A stretch of DNA of 58,572 bases. Origin: an uncultured Rhodospirillaceae bacterium. Lineage in GTDB: Bacteria; Pseudomonadota; Alphaproteobacteria; SP197. The stretch is from contig CALGGB010000278.1 in NCBI GenBank assembly GCA_937880925.1, forward strand, positions 1-58,572. Direction: 5' to 3'. The notes beneath the pieces were generated by a model that searched no databases, was not told where the DNA came from, and was given only the letters and a program-made list of their open reading frames with translations. This document shows positions 55,299 to 58,572 of the stretch, piece by piece; within the stretch, counting starts at the first letter, position 1, and every line of letters begins with the position of its first letter. The position numbers and the translations under genes are program-made.

Positions 55299-56153
55299 TC
55301 ACATGTTCTGCAGGCTCTGCACCTTGTAGCCTTCTGCGGCGACGTCGGGCTCGCGCTCTGCCAGCAGATCGTCGGGGTCGCGCTGTTCGGCCCAGCCCAG
55401 GATCGGGGTATGGGCGCGGTAACCCAGGAGTTGGCGGGCGGCCAGCGGCAGGCGCGCGGCGGCCTCGGGCGGACAGTCGAGGAGCTGGCTTTCCTCCTGA
55501 CGCAGCCAGCCCACGGCGTAGCCCGAGACGATGGCGCTGCGCGGCTGGTCCGTGGTGTTGACCGCCGCGCCGTGCAGCACCGAACCCAGATAGACCACCG
55601 CCGATCCGCGCGGCATCTCCGCCTGCACGATCTCATCCTCGCGCGCGATACGCTCGCGCGGCCAGGTGTGACTGCCCGGCACGATGCGCGTGGCGCCGTT
55701 CTCCGCCGTGAAGTCGCTCACCGCCACGATCCAGGAGAGCAGGATTTCCCTGGAACCGGGTTCGCGCAGGATATAGGGCTCATAGACGCCGATATCGCGG
55801 TGCAGCGGCTGCAGGCGGCCACCCTGCCAGACCTGGAACAGGCCCAGGACCTGGATGCGATAGTTGCGGCAGTTCTCCAGCAGCACGCCGTCGGCAAGGC
55901 CGGTCAGCGCCGGAGCGGTGATGATCTCGGCGACGGTCGTGGTGCGCCGGGCCAGACCATGGATGCGCCGCATGGCGCCGCCGAAAAACTCGCCCCCACC
56001 GATCGGCGCGGCGGCGAGATCGGCTTTCAGATCCTCCATCATGGCATCGAGGACGCCCTGCGGCACCGCATTCTCGACGACGATGACGCCGTCGGCCTGC
56101 AGCGCTTCCATCATGGCGCCGCGATCATCGCTCGCCTGAAAATGACGGATCAC
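55299..56153 (-). CDS. Phytanoyl-CoA dioxygenase (PhyH) family protein
   Basis: LHRD, DFTAENGATRIVPGSH, HGAAVN, WLRQEE; GTG start with strong SD. Confidence 0.9.
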   Translation of the reverse strand: MIRHFQASDDRGAMMEALQADGVIVVENAVPQGVLDAMMEDLKADLAAAPIGGGEFFGGAMRRIHGLARRTTTVAEIITAPALTGLADGVLLENCRNYRIQVLGLFQVWQGGRLQPLHRDIGVYEPYILREPGSREILLSWIVAVSDFTAENGATRIVPGSHTWPRERIAREDEIVQAEMPRGSAVVYLGSVLHGAAVNTTDQPRSAIVSGYAVGWLRQEESQLLDCPPEAAARLPLAARQLLGYRAHTPILGWAEQRDPDDLLAEREPDVAAEGYKVQSLQNM

Positions 56154-56206
56154 ACCCTTCCTCCCCTTGTCGCCAGACCCCGGACGGCATGGTGGCGCGG
56201 GTTTAT

Positions 56207-56875
56207 TCAACCGGCAATGAATTTCTTGCGCCGCGGCGGCGTCTTCAGGCCCAGCCGCCGCCACATCTCGACACGGAAGCGGTCGACCGCGGCAGGCCCG
56301 CTTTCGTCCAGCACCACCGTGCGCACCGTCACGCCGTCCAGGTACGTCGAGACGAAGCGCGCGAAGGGGCCGGGCTCGACATCGTGGAACAGGCCGCGCG
56401 CCAGGCCGGTGCGCACGACGCGCATCAGCATGCGCCGCTCCTCGTCATAGAAGCGTTTCAGCGCGGCATCGACGGCCGGGATCGAGGCGCCAGAGCGTCG
56501 GTAGTCGAGGCCCAGGCGCGCCATTTTCGGGATCGTGCTGCCCGGCGCCTCCTGCACGTCGAGCCAGACCGCCAGGGTGCGCACCGGATCGTCGCCGTCG
56601 CCCGCCAGGCGCTTGAAGACGGCATAGCCGGTCTCCACCGCATGGCCCACGGCGGCGGCGAAGAGGTCTTCCTTGCCCGCGAAGTAGTAATAGATCAGCG
56701 CGGGATCGACCCCGGCGCGCGCCGCGATCTGCTTCACCGAGACATGGGCAAAACCCGATTCGGAAAACAGGTCGAGCGCGGCCATGCAGAGCTGATCGCG
56801 CCGCTCCGGCTCGTCGGGGGCAGGTTTGTGTCTGGGCCTTCCAGGGCCTCGTTGCAGGCGTGTCGCTTTGACCAT
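56207..56875 (-). CDS. TetR family transcriptional regulator
   Basis: AALDLFSESGF...IAARAGVDPALIYYYFAGKEDL HTH. Confidence 0.92.
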   Translation of the reverse strand: MVKATRLQRGPGRPRHKPAPDEPERRDQLCMAALDLFSESGFAHVSVKQIAARAGVDPALIYYYFAGKEDLFAAAVGHAVETGYAVFKRLAGDGDDPVRTLAVWLDVQEAPGSTIPKMARLGLDYRRSGASIPAVDAALKRFYDEERRMLMRVVRTGLARGLFHDVEPGPFARFVSTYLDGVTVRTVVLDESGPAAVDRFRVEMWRRLGLKTPPRRKKFIAG

Positions 56876-56945
56876 GATGTCAGTCTAGGGCCGATTTTGT
56901 GCTGTGCGAGTAATTCTCGATCCCATCGGGTTATGGCCCCTGCGC

Positions 56946-58572
56946 TCAGGCATCAAGCAGGACACTCTCGAGTTCACGCACGGCCGCGTCATTGTCGAAG
57001 ACCGCACCACTGCCCCGGCGCAGACGCTCGCCCAGCGCGGCGCGTGCGTTGGGGTCGCGGCCCAGGGCCAGCGCCCGGGCGACATAATCGTCAATGTCGG
57101 ATGCCACCGTATCGGTGACCCCCGCCTGGGTAAGGTAAGCCAGGCTCAGGCGGCCGCGCCGGTAGGCTGCGGGCAGCGTGACGACCGGAGTGCCGACGGC
57201 AATCGCCTCCAGCGTCGTCTGGCCGCCGCCGAAGTGCAGGGGATCGAGCAGCACGTCGATCTGGCCGAGCAGGCTCTGGAAGGCCGGCCGCGCCATGTGG
57301 GGAACCATCACCGTGCGCCGCGCCGCCGGACCCAGGCTGCGGGCAAGGCGGTTGCGCAGACGCTCGTAGAGCGGATCGGCGGTGTCTGTGAGCAGCACCA
57401 GGCGGCCCTTCGGGTCGCCCTCCAGCACGGCGCGCAGCACGGCATCGAAGTCCGGGTGGTACTTGAAGACGGTCTGCAGGCAGCCATAGAGCGTGGCGCC
57501 CTCGGGCAGGTTGAAGGCCGTCCGGCTGGTACGTGCGGGATCGCCCGCGGGTCTCTCGTAGCGGATCGAGGGCTGGGCAAGGCGCACCAGGGTTTCGCTG
57601 TAATGGCTGTCGGCATCGGCCGTCTCGGCATCGCGCGCCGAGAGGTAGAGGTCCTGGCTGGGCAGGCCCGTGGTCACCGGATGACCCCAGGTGACGGCCT
57701 GAACGCGGGCATAGCGGCCATGGGCCAGGAAGTAGAGAAAGCTGTCCATGCCGACCCCGGCAAAGACCAGGGCATCGAGGCCAGGACCGGCCAGCATACG
57801 CTGGGCCTCTGCCAGCCTTCCCGGCAGGGCATGGATATGTTCTGCCGCCGCCGCGATGCGCTCCCAGGTCGGATCGCCCGGCCGCGGCGGGGCGAAGACG
57901 TGGACCTCGAAGCGCTGCCGGTCGATACCGGCGATCAAACCCTCCATCAGGCTGCCCACGGTCTGCTCGTAAAGGAAGCGCGAGACGAAGCCGAGCTTCA
58001 AACGCCCGCTGCCGCGCGGCGCCCCGACATGAGCGGCCTGGAAGCCGAGGGTGGGAGAAGCATCGCGGAACAGGGCGGCCAGTTCGACCATCAGATCGCG
58101 GTCGTTGTATCCCTGGTAGGCAAGGTTGAAGGCAATGCGCGTGATCGACGCGGCGGGATCGGGCAGGGAGAGCCCCTGGCTGCGCAGGCGCTCCAGCCCG
58201 GCAGCGAAGCCGCGGCGCGCCGAGACGACGTGTTCGCCGGAGTCATACACCGAAGGCAGCATGGTCGCCTGGCGGAAGCGGATGCCGTCTCCGGCCCCGG
58301 CGGCGATCGCCCGCTCGCAGGCCTCGCGCGCTTCATCCAGCCGGTCCGTGCGTTCGAGCACGCGGGCAAGGCCCGACCATGCCGGCGCGGCCTCGGCGCC
58401 GCGCGCGATGGCGGTACGCCAGGCTTCCTCGGCCAGTTCCGGCTGCTTCTTCTCCTCGGCGGCGCGCGCGATGCGCATGGCCTGGGCGCCTTCGAGGCGC
58501 GGCAGGGCAAGCGCGGCACGGGAGGTGGCAGGCGCCTGAGGCTGCGCCGCGCCCAGTTCCATGACGGCGAGA
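56946..58572 (-). CDS. TPR + GT41 (O-GlcNAc transferase/SPINDLY-like) protein; 5' end probably beyond the window
   Basis: TPR-like helices; WGHPVTTGLP, QTVFKYHP, GGQTTLEA motifs. Confidence 0.85.
   Translation of the reverse strand, partial: LAVMELGAAQPQAPATSRAALALPRLEGAQAMRIARAAEEKKQPELAEEAWRTAIARGAEAAPAWSGLARVLERTDRLDEAREACERAIAAGAGDGIRFRQATMLPSVYDSGEHVVSARRGFAAGLERLRSQGLSLPDPAASITRIAFNLAYQGYNDRDLMVELAALFRDASPTLGFQAAHVGAPRGSGRLKLGFVSRFLYEQTVGSLMEGLIAGIDRQRFEVHVFAPPRPGDPTWERIAAAAEHIHALPGRLAEAQRMLAGPGLDALVFAGVGMDSFLYFLAHGRYARVQAVTWGHPVTTGLPSQDLYLSARDAETADADSHYSETLVRLAQPSIRYERPAGDPARTSRTAFNLPEGATLYGCLQTVFKYHPDFDAVLRAVLEGDPKGRLVLLTDTADPLYERLRNRLARSLGPAARRTVMVPHMARPAFQSLLGQIDVLLDPLHFGGGQTTLEAIAVGTPVVTLPAAYRRGRLSLAYLTQAGVTDTVASDIDDYVARALALGRDPNARAALGERLRRGSGAVFDNDAAVRELESVLLDA

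Overview
This is a GC-rich alphaproteobacterial chromosome segment (Rhodospirillales-like gene order, inferred). Its backbone is conserved housekeeping: gshB-BON-yraN / lpoA-like / hemW-rdgB-rph / hrcA-grpE / dnaK-dnaJ-dapB / nth / cbiD-cobK / cobA-cobB / PBP1A-gyrB-recF-dnaN-dnaA-rpsT-mutM / ubiE-ubiB / coaBC-dut-moeB. Accessory modules are interleaved: (i) a glycosyltransferase + atypical ABC protein + cNMP-binding protein + methyltransferase cluster at the left end; (ii) a Cpx-like two-component system with a Spy/CpxP gene inside the heat-shock cluster; (iii) a secreted six-EF-hand protein; (iv) an orphan EcfG-like sigma factor beside a receiver / hybrid kinase / LuxR-family set; (v) katG with an Irr/ICE-like box; (vi) two 2OG-Fe(II) dioxygenases with a TetR and a GT41 TPR protein. 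The notable non-coding signals are three covarying TAGAGC...GCTCTA hairpin repeats between convergent genes, a five-hairpin C-rich-loop structure in the 3' region of the cpxP-like gene (candidate CpxQ-like or cuckoo-like sRNA), a similar two-hairpin 3' region after a PRC-barrel gene, and a perfect 37-bp REP-like doublet. nth has a frameshifting 5' deletion and rsmI is absent from its usual slot. I found no tRNA, rRNA, CRISPR array, transposase or phage genes. Product calls come from motif recognition only; no database search was run.
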